Origin: Vulcanimicrobiota bacterium
GTDB lineage: Bacteria > Vulcanimicrobiota > Vulcanimicrobiia > Vulcanimicrobiales > Vulcanimicrobiaceae
Direction of reading: 5' to 3'
NCBI GenBank assembly: GCA_963812155.1
Contig: CAWETW010000001.1
Coordinates: forward strand, 736,001 to 800,000
DNA length: 64,000 nucleotides
The position numbers and the translations under genes were made by a program. Positions 41,377 through 52,608 of this stretch are shown here, one piece after another. Numbering within the stretch: position 1 is the first letter of the stretch; the number at the start of each line of letters is the position of its first letter. Under the pieces are notes generated by a model, which was given only the letters and a program-made list of their open reading frames with translations, was not told where the DNA came from and made no database searches.

Positions 41377-42612
41377 TTATCGCTCCTTCGACGTGGCAAA
41401 GTTTGGAACGCGCAGCGCTTCGCCGGTAAACGACGCCGCCTTCCGCAACGCTTCAACGCGATCGAGCCGTTCCCACGGCAGATCGAGATCGGGACGGCCG
41501 AAATGACCGTACGCGGCGGTTTGACGGTAGATCGGACGCCGCAACTTCAAATCGTGGATGATCGCGGCCGGACGCAGATCGAAGACGGCGGCAACCGCAC
41601 GCGCGATCGCGTCCTCCTCGATTTTTCCCGTGCCGAAGGTTTCGACGAGCACGTTCATCGGGTGGGCCACGCCGATCGCGTAGGCAACTTGCACCTCGCA
41701 TCGGTCGGCGAGCCCAGCCGCCACGACGTTTTTCGCGACCCAGCGCGCCGCGTACGCGGCCGAGCGATCGACCTTCGTGGGATCCTTGCCGGAGAACGCG
41801 CCGCCTCCGTGGCGCGCCATGCCGCCGTATGTGTCGGCGATGATCTTGCGTCCCGTCAAACCGGCATCGCCTTTCGGACCGCCGATGACGAAGCGTCCGG
41901 TGGGATTGACGTACACGCGCGTTTCGGAGTCGCGCAGCGACGACGGAACGACGTGATTGATGACCTTCTCCGTCACCTCGTTGCGAATCATCTCCAGCGG
42001 AATGTCGGGATCGTGCTGCGTCGAAACCACGATCGCGTCGACGCGCACCGGGCGGTCGCCCTCGTATTCGACCGTGACTTGCGACTTGCCGTCGGGCCGA
42101 AGATACGGAATGTCGCCGTTCTTGCGCACGGCCGCGAGCTGGCGCGTGAGATTGTGCGCGAGCACGATCGGGAGCGGCATGAGTTCGTTGGTTTCGCGGC
42201 AGGCGTACCCGAACATCATGCCCTGATCGCCCGCGCCGATTCGTTCGAACTCGTCGTCGTCGCCGCCCTTCGCCTCGAGCGACTTGTCGACACCCATCGC
42301 AATGTCGGGCGACTGTTCGTCGATCGAAATGTTCACGCCGCACGTTTCGGCGTCGAAGCCAACCGCCGATTTCGTGTAGCCGATCTCGCGAATCGTCTCG
42401 CGCACGATGCGGGGAATGTCGATGTACGTTTTGGTCGTCACCTCACCCGCTAAGTGAATCTGTCCGGTAATCGCGAACGTCTCGACCGCAACGCGCGATT
42501 CGGGATCGTCTCGCAGCAGCGCGTCGAGCACCGCATCGGAGATTTGATCCGCGACCTTGTCGGGATGGCCTTCGGTTACCGATTCGCTGGTAAAGAACCG
42601 GCGGTACGCCAC
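41377..42612 (-). CDS. metK: S-adenosylmethionine synthetase
   Basis: [43 protein letters not shown]. Confidence 0.97.
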   Translation of the reverse strand: MAYRRFFTSESVTEGHPDKVADQISDAVLDALLRDDPESRVAVETFAITGQIHLAGEVTTKTYIDIPRIVRETIREIGYTKSAVGFDAETCGVNISIDEQSPDIAMGVDKSLEAKGGDDDEFERIGAGDQGMMFGYACRETNELMPLPIVLAHNLTRQLAAVRKNGDIPYLRPDGKSQVTVEYEGDRPVRVDAIVVSTQHDPDIPLEMIRNEVTEKVINHVVPSSLRDSETRVYVNPTGRFVIGGPKGDAGLTGRKIIADTYGGMARHGGGAFSGKDPTKVDRSAAYAARWVAKNVVAAGLADRCEVQVAYAIGVAHPMNVLVETFGTGKIEEDAIARAVAAVFDLRPAAIIHDLKLRRPIYRQTAAYGHFGRPDLDLPWERLDRVEALRKAASFTGEALRVPNFATSKER

Positions 42613-42613
42613 G

Positions 42614-44627
<2,014 letters not shown>

Positions 44628-44631
<4 letters not shown>

Positions 44632-46133
44632 ATCGACTCGTAGGTCGCGCCGGCCATCGCGCCGAGAATCTGTCCGGCAATTTCTCCGGTTTCCTCGTCG
44701 TGCGGTCCCTTCATCGCGCTGATGAAGAACGCGAAAGCAACGTGGCGCCCTTGCTTCGTCGTAATGTAGCCGGCGAGCGCTTTTTCGACGACGCCGCCGC
44801 CGGTGAGGTAATCGTCGCTTCCATCGGTCCCCGTTTTTGCGAAAACCTTACCCCGCGCGGAAGAGTGCGTTTGAATGCCGGCCAGCGTTCCGTCGACGCC
44901 CATGATCGGCAAACCGCGCAGCAGGTACGGATACCACGACTGCATTCGCGCCCACGCGAGATAATGCACCATGAAGTCGGCGGAGTAGATTCCGCTGCCG
45001 AAACCGTCGCTCTGCGAGGCGCCCTGCAAGTCGAGACCGGCGCCGGTGAGAAGTTTTCCTTCGAGGGCGAGTCCGGCGCGCGCGTAGTCGCCGTGCGCGT
45101 GCGCGACGTAGGCTGCCCATACGTACGGCATCAGCGCGGCGTGGAGATTGTCGCTCACCTTGAGCGTTATCCGCACGTCTTCGGCGAGCGGGAGCGAAAC
45201 GTGCTGCGTGACCAGGTTCGCGGGAACGTACGCCGAGGTCGCAGGCGGACTCGTATCCCCGCCCGCGTCCGGCGTGGCCACGGTGACGCCTGCGTCGCGC
45301 AACGCGAGGACCAACGCATCTTCGGCAAAGCGCCGCGGATTGGGAACGCGATAGGCGTAGAGCACGCTCGCCCCCGCGGGTTGCGACCCGGTGACGGTGA
45401 CGGTGTGCCGTCCGCCGGCATCGGTCACATCGGTGCTCAGATCGATCGTCGCGTCGCTATTCGGCGCGCCGGTCGTCGCCTTGTCGACGAACGTAACGTA
45501 CGGCGTCTGCGGTGAAACCGCGAGCGTGACGGGATCGCCCGGCGATCGGCCGGGCGTGACCGTGACGTCCACCAGATTGTCGTTCACGACGACCGAGGAT
45601 ATCGTGACGCCGGTTCCCGATTCGCTTCCTTGGTCCGGAAAGAGCGACGTATCGACGATAACGCGTCCGTCGACGCGCTTGATACCGGCCTTTGCAACGC
45701 CGGCGGCGAGTTCGCGCAGAACGGCCAGCGGATCGCCCGGTACCGCTTTGGTGGCGGCGGATCCGTCGTAGGCGTGATCTTCGTTTTCGAACGACAGCGT
45801 GCCGTCGGGTTGGATGCGTTGCGACAGATTCGGGTCGGCCGCCGCGACGATCACGAGATCGCCGTGCAGTACGCCGGCGCCGTCAACGGCGCCCGTACGG
45901 TAGACCGGCGTCGTGAAGCGGAACTGCGGTCCGAGCAACGCGAGGGTCGTCCCCTCGGTCAGCAGTTTCGTCGTCGACGCGGCATCCATGAGCACCGACG
46001 CATTCCGCGCGTAGAGCACGTGGCGCGCGTCGAGATCGTAGACTTCGGCCGCGAGGACCGAATGGTTCAAGCGCGGGGTGCGCTCCGGCGCCGCAATCGC
46101 CAGCGCGAGGGCGGCGGCCGGCGCGAGGCTCAC
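44628..46133 (-). CDS. dacB: D-Ala-D-Ala carboxypeptidase/endopeptidase (peptidase S13, PBP4)
   Basis: ASTTK (SxxK), SDN (SxN), KTG, GVDGTL. Confidence 0.88.
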
Positions 46134-46942
46134 GCGAAGACTTCGACCAGTTCGAGGAATGGAGCGATATCGGCTCGTTCGATCTCCATCCCGACGCCTT
46201 TGGTGTGATAGCGAATGTCGTGGAAGTCCATGCCCGCGGTCATGACCAGCCCGTACTGCTTGGCCTTTGCCCGAAACTCGACAACGTCGGCGGGTTCGTG
46301 CAGCGGATAGAAGACTTCGATTCCGCGCATTCCATGCTCGACCAGGTCGTCGATGAGACTGCGGTCCCGCAGCCGTCCAGGATGCGCGAGCACGGGAATG
46401 CCGCCGACGGCCGCGATCGTTTCGATCGCGCGTTGCGGCGTCGTATAGAGCTGCGGCACGTAACCCGGCTTGCCGCCGCCAATTAAGTCGCGGAAGGCCG
46501 TGGAGACGCTTTCGGTCATCCCCCTCCGTACAAGCGCCTTGGCGACGTGCGGCCGCCCGACGGAGTGCGCCTCGTCGGATTCGCGCAGGACGTCTTCCAT
46601 CGTCAATCCGTAGCCCGCGGCCCGGAGTTGGTCAACCATCGTTTGCGCGCGACCGCGCCGCTGCTCTTGATTGTATTCGAGCAGTTCGTTGATCGCCGAC
46701 GGTCCCAACGGCACGTCGTAGCCGAGCACGTGCACTTCGTTCTCTCGCCACGTCGTATTGATTTCGATGCCCGTGATGTAGTGCGAATCGGGTGGCGGTT
46801 CGAAGGCGCCGTAGGCACCCAGCGTATCGTGGTCGGAAATGCAGAAGATTTCGACCTTGCGCTCGCCCATGAAGTCGGCCAGCGCCTGCGGCGCCAGCGT
46901 CCCGTCGCTGACGTTACTGTGTGAATGCAGATCGACGATCAC
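46130..46942 (-). CDS. PHP domain phosphoesterase
   Basis: DLHSHS..SDG, SDHDT, GIEI, VHVLGY, GRPHVA, LAHP, DFH. Confidence 0.92.
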   Translation of the reverse strand: MIVDLHSHSNVSDGTLAPQALADFMGERKVEIFCISDHDTLGAYGAFEPPPDSHYITGIEINTTWRENEVHVLGYDVPLGPSAINELLEYNQEQRRGRAQTMVDQLRAAGYGLTMEDVLRESDEAHSVGRPHVAKALVRRGMTESVSTAFRDLIGGGKPGYVPQLYTTPQRAIETIAAVGGIPVLAHPGRLRDRSLIDDLVEHGMRGIEVFYPLHEPADVVEFRAKAKQYGLVMTAGMDFHDIRYHTKGVGMEIERADIAPFLELVEVFA

Positions 46943-47250
46943 GCCACGGTCTCCGTTGACGGCTCGAGGGTAGATACGCAGGCGCGGCGTTCGACGGTCA
47001 GCGAAATGCCGGTGCGCTCGTTGTCGCTGATCGCGACGGTGATGAAGGCCGGTACGCACACGACGTCGATGGACGCCGCCTTGAGGTAGTTACGCGCAAT
47101 CGCGACGGCCTTGATCGCCTGATTGATCGCGCCCGCGCCGACGGCCTGAAGTTCGGCGCTATCGCGTTCGCGCAACGTCGCGGCCAGCGCACCGGCCACG
47201 GCGTTGGGACTGCTTTTCGTGGATACTTTCAACGGACCGTCGGCGCTCAC
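46939..47250 (-). CDS. spoVS: Stage V sporulation protein S family
   Basis: LKVSTKSSPNAVAGALA, QAVGAGAINQAIKAVAIAR, CVPAF, ERT. Confidence 0.92.
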   Translation of the reverse strand: MSADGPLKVSTKSSPNAVAGALAATLRERDSAELQAVGAGAINQAIKAVAIARNYLKAASIDVVCVPAFITVAISDNERTGISLTVERRACVSTLEPSTETVA

Positions 47251-48044
47251 GCGATACCTCGTAGGAAGATGCGTTTGATCTCGGTGGCTTTGCCGGTAGC
47301 GGTATCGATCCCCACTACGGCGGCGCAAAACTGCTTCGTGCCGTTCTTCTCGACGTTAAAACGTTCGGATACTCCTGTAAGGAAACGGTCGAGCACGGCT
47401 TTTTGCTCCATGCCGATGACGCCGTCGGTCGGTCCGGTCATGCCGACGTCGGTGATGTAGGCGGTGCCGCCCGGGAAAATCTGTTCGTCGGCGGTTTGCA
47501 CGTGGGTGTGCGTTCCGTAGATGCACGAGACGCGCCCATCGAGATACCGGGTCAGCGCGACTTTCTCCGAAGTCGCCTCGGCGTGTACGTCGACGACCAC
47601 GACCGGCGTTTGCGCCCGGAGTTCGTCGACGAGCGCGTCGGCGCTGCGAAACGGATCGTCGACCGGCGGCATGAAGGTGCGTCCCATCAGGTTGAGCACG
47701 CCGATCGTCACGCCGGCGGCGACGAACGTTCCGCTTCCGCGCCCCGGCGCCGACGGCGGATAGTTGGCCGGACGCACGACCCGCTCGGTCGTTTCCAGAT
47801 ATCCCTTAAAGTCGCGTTTGTCGAAGATGTGATTGCCGCTGGTGATGAAATCGACCCCGCTGGCGAACATCTCCTCGGCGGTCTGCGCGGTCAACCCGAA
47901 ACCGCCCGCGGCGTTTTCGCCGTTGGCAATACACGCGTGAACCTGGTGCTGCTCGCGCGCGAGGGAGAGGCAGCGTTTGAGCGTCTCGCGTCCGGGTGAG
48001 CCGACGACGTCCCCGACGAGCAGCAGGCGGACGACGGGAACTAT
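47247..48044 (-). CDS. ymdB: YmdB/TIGR00282 metallophosphoesterase; start codon non-canonical or uncertain
   Basis: VRLLLVGDVVG.PGR and ANGENAAGG.G lie upstream of the ORF-track start at 47894; TSGNH, RPAN, HAEATSEK, GTHTHVQT, TDVGMTG. Confidence 0.9.
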   Translation of the reverse strand: MVPVVRLLLVGDVVGSPGRETLKRCLSLAREQHQVHACIANGENAAGGFGLTAQTAEEMFASGVDFITSGNHIFDKRDFKGYLETTERVVRPANYPPSAPGRGSGTFVAAGVTIGVLNLMGRTFMPPVDDPFRSADALVDELRAQTPVVVVDVHAEATSEKVALTRYLDGRVSCIYGTHTHVQTADEQIFPGGTAYITDVGMTGPTDGVIGMEQKAVLDRFLTGVSERFNVEKNGTKQFCAAVVGIDTATGKATEIKRIFLRGIA

Positions 48045-48577
48045 CGCCGCGCCGACGCCTTGGCTTTCTTCTGCGTCTTCAAGAAGTACACGAGCACGCG
48101 CTTCTCTTCGCGGAAGCCGACCAGACTCTTGGACTGGGCGGGATCGCGCAGCGCCTCGACGGCGCAGAGCGCGGCTTCGTCTTGCGCGGCGGGATCCGCA
48201 TCGAGATGATCGTCCGGCACGGGATTGCGGACGAGCGCGTCGCCGAAGCGATCGCCGAAGAATGCGACCTGAAGCTCGAGTTCCTCTTTAGTAAAACTCT
48301 CCAAGTCCCGGGTGACGTGGACGAACGTCATCGCTCGGTCGCTCTCACATTCCAGCTCCAGCGTTCCGGCGTCGTCTTTGGACAGCGACAAGAAAGCGCG
48401 CACGTGATCGTCGATGGCTTCGACGAGGTCGCTCTGTGCGGTGCGGTCGAGCCGGCGGCGCAACGCGAAGGTGAGCCGCAGAGTCCGCTCGCCCGGCAGC
48501 GAGCGAACCGACGCAACTTCCGGAAATCGCACGAGCAACGCGCAAATCAAGCTCACCGTGTCGGCATTTTCGACCAT
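48041..48577 (-). CDS. Hypothetical protein
   Basis: GGAG RBS; 178-aa ORF coupled to ymdB; codon usage consistent with coding. Confidence 0.7.
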   Translation of the reverse strand: MVENADTVSLICALLVRFPEVASVRSLPGERTLRLTFALRRRLDRTAQSDLVEAIDDHVRAFLSLSKDDAGTLELECESDRAMTFVHVTRDLESFTKEELELQVAFFGDRFGDALVRNPVPDDHLDADPAAQDEAALCAVEALRDPAQSKSLVGFREEKRVLVYFLKTQKKAKASARR

Positions 48578-48684
48578 GTGCAGACTCCCATTTCCACCGA
48601 GTTCAGTAGCGGCCAGAGGCGGGGGTCTCGACAGTACGACGCCGACCCAAGGCCTCCCCGCGCCCTCCCGTAGAATGAACCCAG

Positions 48685-49236
48685 GTGACCCTCCGCGGGA
48701 TTCCGGGGGCCCTGGTCCTCGGGTTGCTTGCCTCGCTCGTGGCGCATTCGGCGCTCTACGGCGGCGGCCACGCCATGGGCGGCCCGTACCACTCCTGGTT
48801 CCTGGAACTCGGGCTAGCGGGCTGCCTCGGACTGCTCGCCTCGATTGCCGCGCTGGCTTGGACCGGCTCGCGGGCAGCCGCCGACGGCTCGGTGCTGGCC
48901 AGCCGCTTGTGTGAACGCTTGCCCGGAGGGTGGGCGGTCTTCGCCGCGGCGGGCCTCTGGTTCGCCCTCGGCGAGCGCGTCGAGGCGCGCCATGCCGATC
49001 CCAATGCGGTCGTGACGGCGCTGGTTTTGGCCGTTGCCGTATGGGCCGTCTGGGCGGTCGCGCGCTGGTGCGTCCGGCTTCTCGCCGGCGCAGCCATCGC
49101 CATCGGACGCCCGGCCTTCGCTCAGCGGTCGCCGCACTGGGTGCGCTGCGCGGCTCCCGCGCCGATCGCTCGACGCTCGCCGCTGCTGCGGCGGCGCTTC
49201 GCCCGTCCTCCTCCGGTCGCGAACGCCTGCGCGTAA
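48685..49236 (+). CDS. His-containing membrane protein with C-terminal RPPP (putative arrest-peptide leader)
   Basis: About four hydrophobic helices; AHSALYGGGHAMGGPYH; ends RRRFARPPPVANACA. Confidence 0.7.
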   Translation: MTLRGIPGALVLGLLASLVAHSALYGGGHAMGGPYHSWFLELGLAGCLGLLASIAALAWTGSRAAADGSVLASRLCERLPGGWAVFAAAGLWFALGERVEARHADPNAVVTALVLAVAVWAVWAVARWCVRLLAGAAIAIGRPAFAQRSPHWVRCAAPAPIARRSPLLRRRFARPPPVANACA

Positions 49237-49278
49237 CGCGCAGATCCTCGTTCGCACTCGCTTCTTTTCACCGGAGGA
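49209..49278 (+). promoter_or_regulatory. SD-sequestering stem-loop spanning the RPPP codons, the leader stop and the downstream RBS
   Basis: TCCTCCGGT/ACCGGAGGA (9 bp), GCGAACG/CGTTCGC (7 bp) and CTGCGCG/CGCGCAG (7 bp), with TAA as the apical loop. Confidence 0.75.
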
Positions 49279-49281
49279 TTT

Positions 49282-50196
49282 ATGTTTCGCATTTACGCGG
49301 CGCTCGGCGCCGTGCTCGTTTGGATTCTCATGGGGCGGGGAACCGCACAGGCGCACGTCGTCTGCGGAGACCGCGTCTTTCCCGCCACCTTAACCATGGA
49401 CGATCCCGGCGTAAGCGACGAGGTATCGCTACCGACGGTCACGCTCACCCCGACGTCGTCGGCACAAAGCAATACCTACGGCTTCGAATGGGATAAGACT
49501 ATTACCGAAGACTTGGGCTTCGGAATCAGCAACGATCTCATCACGCAGCGCAGTCCGGGCCAGAGTTACGCAGGATGGGACAACTGGGAGATCACGCTTA
49601 AGGATCAGCACCCCTGCAGCGAGGTGCACCCTCGCCAAGAATTCGTCTGGGCGGTCGGTGTAGTTCGCGACTTGCCGCTCAGCGGTTCGAAGCAGCTTCG
49701 CGATGCGGGTATCATCGAGGACGTCGGATCCACCTCGGCAACTTTTTATTTCGGCAAAGGCTTTGGCACCGCGTCCGGGTACCTGCGCCCGCTCGCAATC
49801 ACCGGCGAATTCAGCCGCGATTTTTCCGATAACGCCGGTGAGAGTCCGGCCGCGTGGAGTTACGCAGCGTCCTTTCAGTACTCGATGCCTTACCTTCAAC
49901 AGAATGTGAAGGCGCTGCACATTCCGCAATTTTTCACACGCTTGACACCGCTCGTCGAGGTTGCGATGAGTAGCCCCGACAGCGGCGGCACGCCCACGGG
50001 GACGATTTCGCCCGGTTTCCTCTATGATGCGAACACTTGGCAGATAGGTGCCGAGGCCGTCATCCCGGCCAACGGAGCCTCGCGCTTAGAACAAGGCACG
50101 GGATTTATCGTTCAATATCACTTATTTCTCGACTCATTCAATAAGAGTTTCTTCGGCAGGCCACTCGTCAATACAAATCTTTGGGGAAAGCCATGA
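49282..50196 (+). CDS. Secreted, probable outer-membrane beta-barrel protein in a cop operon
   Basis: Signal peptide ending AQA, mature N-terminal His (HVVCGDRVFPATL..DDP.V.DE); aromatic amphipathic strands. Confidence 0.6.
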   Translation: MFRIYAALGAVLVWILMGRGTAQAHVVCGDRVFPATLTMDDPGVSDEVSLPTVTLTPTSSAQSNTYGFEWDKTITEDLGFGISNDLITQRSPGQSYAGWDNWEITLKDQHPCSEVHPRQEFVWAVGVVRDLPLSGSKQLRDAGIIEDVGSTSATFYFGKGFGTASGYLRPLAITGEFSRDFSDNAGESPAAWSYAASFQYSMPYLQQNVKALHIPQFFTRLTPLVEVAMSSPDSGGTPTGTISPGFLYDANTWQIGAEAVIPANGASRLEQGTGFIVQYHLFLDSFNKSFFGRPLVNTNLWGKP

Positions 50197-50564
50197 ACGC
50201 ACGGATTATCGCAACGCTCTTCTTGCTCGCCCAACTGCTCGTAGCTCCGGCTGTGGTTCGAGCGCACGCATTTCTCGACCATGCCAATCCCGAAGTAGGT
50301 AGCACGGTATCAGCCGCACCCACAGTAGTGCATGTTTGGTTCACGCAAGAACTCGAGCCGGCATTTAGTTGGGTGCAAGTGACCGACAAATCGGGGCAAT
50401 CCGTAGCCGACGGTTCTTCGGCGGTCGATCCTAACAATAAACAGGAGATGGACGTCAAGCTCAAGCCGTTGACGGCCGGAAGCTATACGGTAAAATGGCA
50501 TGCGTTGTCGGTCGATACACACACGACCCAAGGCGACTTCACCTTTCAAGTCAAGGGGAGTTAA
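50193..50564 (+). CDS. copC: Copper resistance protein CopC
   Basis: AHAFL...NP..GS.V..AP, YTVKWHALSVDTH...G...F; ATGA overlap. Confidence 0.92.
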   Translation: MNARIIATLFLLAQLLVAPAVVRAHAFLDHANPEVGSTVSAAPTVVHVWFTQELEPAFSWVQVTDKSGQSVADGSSAVDPNNKQEMDVKLKPLTAGSYTVKWHALSVDTHTTQGDFTFQVKGS

Positions 50565-50567
50565 GCC

Positions 50568-52541
50568 ATCGATCCGCTCCTGAGCGCTGTGCGAATGCTC
50601 CATTTCGCGGCGAGTGTGTCGCTAGTTGGTGTATTCGTATTATGGTGCTTCATCGTATGGCCCGCCTTTCGCCGCACGCCGGCAGCACTAACGTTTGAGG
50701 GGCGGTGGGACCGGTCGCTCTTCGTGCTGGCTTGGGTGAGCCTGCTCGCCGCACTCATAAGCGGCGGCGCTTGGCTTGCCATCGTTGCAGCGAACATGAG
50801 CGGGATGCCCCTCGCTGGGGTCTTTCAGGGCGGCACCATCAACGTCGTCTTGACGCAAACGCACTTTGGCGCAGCGTGGATCATACGCGCCGGACTTATT
50901 ATCGTCCTAGCAGCGTGTTTGGCCGTACAGGCGCGGAGTCGCAAACATGTGGCAGGCTGGGTCGGACTCATCGCTGCCGGCGCGTTTATTGCCTCGCTGG
51001 CATGGGCCGGCCATGCTGCAGCGACCGAAGACGTGCCGTTCGACGCCGTTCATCTGCCCTCCGACGTTTTGCATTTACTGGCATCAGGCGGCTGGCTCGG
51101 CGCCCTGTTGCCGCTCGTTCTCTTCCTTGCTCAAGCATCGCGCGACAATTTCCCGCCGATGGTTGAGGCTGCGTGTACGGCAACGCGGCGGTTTTCGGTG
51201 CTTGGGATCACGTGCGTGGGAACGTTGATCGTAACCGGCGTTGTGAACACATGGTTCCTAGCAGGCAGCGTTCCAGCATTGCTCGGAACGTTATACGGTC
51301 AACTCCTACTCCTCAAAATAGCGCTATTCGCGATGATGATTATCTTAGCGAGCGTCAATCAGCGGCGACTCCTACCTCGCCTCGCCGGCGCTATGAGGGA
51401 TCCCAATTCTCCTTTGCAAGAACTTCGGCAGGTGGTCCGCAACGCGTCCGTCGAGTCCGGAATCGGCGTCCTCGTTCTTGCCATCGTCGGAATCATGGGC
51501 ATACTGCCTCCGGGACTGCACACCGAGCCACGCTGGCCGCTTCCATTTCGGTTTGATATAAACGAGATTCCACCGGGTACGCAGCCGGCGTTCTACGCCG
51601 CCGCCGCCGCTTTCGCCGTCAGCCTGATCGCCACGCTCGTTATCGCCGAGAGAAAACGCTACCGCGTGATGCCCGCCTCCATTGCCTTGGCCGTCGTTTT
51701 CGGCATCGTTAGTTGCGTTACGCTGCGCTCTGGAATCGTGCGTGCATACCCCACGAGCTTCTATGCGTCGACGCAGGCCTTCGCCGCACCGTCCATCGAC
51801 CGCGGGGCTCCGCTTTACGTAAAGAACTGCCTTATATGTCACGGAGCCACCGGCCGGGGTGACGGTCCGCTTGCCGATCAGCTTGCGGTTCGTCCGGCGA
51901 ACTTGATCGAACCACATCTATTCGCACATAAACCGGGCGAAGTGTTCTGGTGGATTAGCCACGGTAGCGACAATGGGGTTATGCCGGGTTTTGCGGGCAA
52001 GCTGTCTCCCGACCAACGGTGGGATCTGATCAATTTCGTGAAGGCGCGGGCGGCGGGGGTTCTCTCGCAACAGATAGGGTCGCAAATCACTACGGCCACG
52101 GCATTCCCGTTTCCGGATTTTGCGTTCGCGCAAGACGATTCGCAGAGTACGCTGAGCGAACTCCTCAAGAAAGGGCCGGTGCTTGTGGCAATCTTTGCAA
52201 CGCCCATACCGCGAGCGCGATTGGAGCAACTGGCGAAATTGCAGCCGCGACTGGCCGCCGCCGGCCTGCACCTTGTCGCGGTCGATCTCGGCCCAAGAAC
52301 CAATCGCGCGACTCCAGTAGTGAATGTGTCACAGGATGTTACGGCAACGCTCGCTTTGTTTCGCTCTCCCAAGGACGGCGGGGAAACAGAGCTGATGCTC
52401 GATCGAGGCGGCAATGTTCGTGCGCGGTGGACGGCAAGCGGAGTGGCAGGCCTTGCCAGTGCTAACACTCTACTTAGCGATGCTAGCCGGGTTGCGCGCA
52501 TTCCAGTGGCGGCTGCGAATCACGCCGGTCACGCTCCTTAA
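50568..52541 (+). CDS. copD: CopD fused to cytochrome c and a C-terminal thioredoxin-like domain (start ATC 50568 or GTG 50589)
   Basis: GHAAA, HLLASGGWLGAL, RFS, TGVVN, YGQLLLLKI; CLICHG heme motif, MPGF; C-terminal LDRGG.VRARW. Confidence 0.85.
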   Translation: MDPLLSAVRMLHFAASVSLVGVFVLWCFIVWPAFRRTPAALTFEGRWDRSLFVLAWVSLLAALISGGAWLAIVAANMSGMPLAGVFQGGTINVVLTQTHFGAAWIIRAGLIIVLAACLAVQARSRKHVAGWVGLIAAGAFIASLAWAGHAAATEDVPFDAVHLPSDVLHLLASGGWLGALLPLVLFLAQASRDNFPPMVEAACTATRRFSVLGITCVGTLIVTGVVNTWFLAGSVPALLGTLYGQLLLLKIALFAMMIILASVNQRRLLPRLAGAMRDPNSPLQELRQVVRNASVESGIGVLVLAIVGIMGILPPGLHTEPRWPLPFRFDINEIPPGTQPAFYAAAAAFAVSLIATLVIAERKRYRVMPASIALAVVFGIVSCVTLRSGIVRAYPTSFYASTQAFAAPSIDRGAPLYVKNCLICHGATGRGDGPLADQLAVRPANLIEPHLFAHKPGEVFWWISHGSDNGVMPGFAGKLSPDQRWDLINFVKARAAGVLSQQIGSQITTATAFPFPDFAFAQDDSQSTLSELLKKGPVLVAIFATPIPRARLEQLAKLQPRLAAAGLHLVAVDLGPRTNRATPVVNVSQDVTATLALFRSPKDGGETELMLDRGGNVRARWTASGVAGLASANTLLSDASRVARIPVAAANHAGHAP

Positions 52542-52608
52542 GACAAGCGCCCGGTGATACAATCGCGGCCGCAACCTGTTGTTCCGCCTCAGCGCTCCGT
52601 TCTAAGCG

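Noticed and set aside
46939..47250. spoVS as evidence of sporulation
   Set aside because: SpoVS occurs widely in non-sporulating bacteria and no other sporulation genes are present
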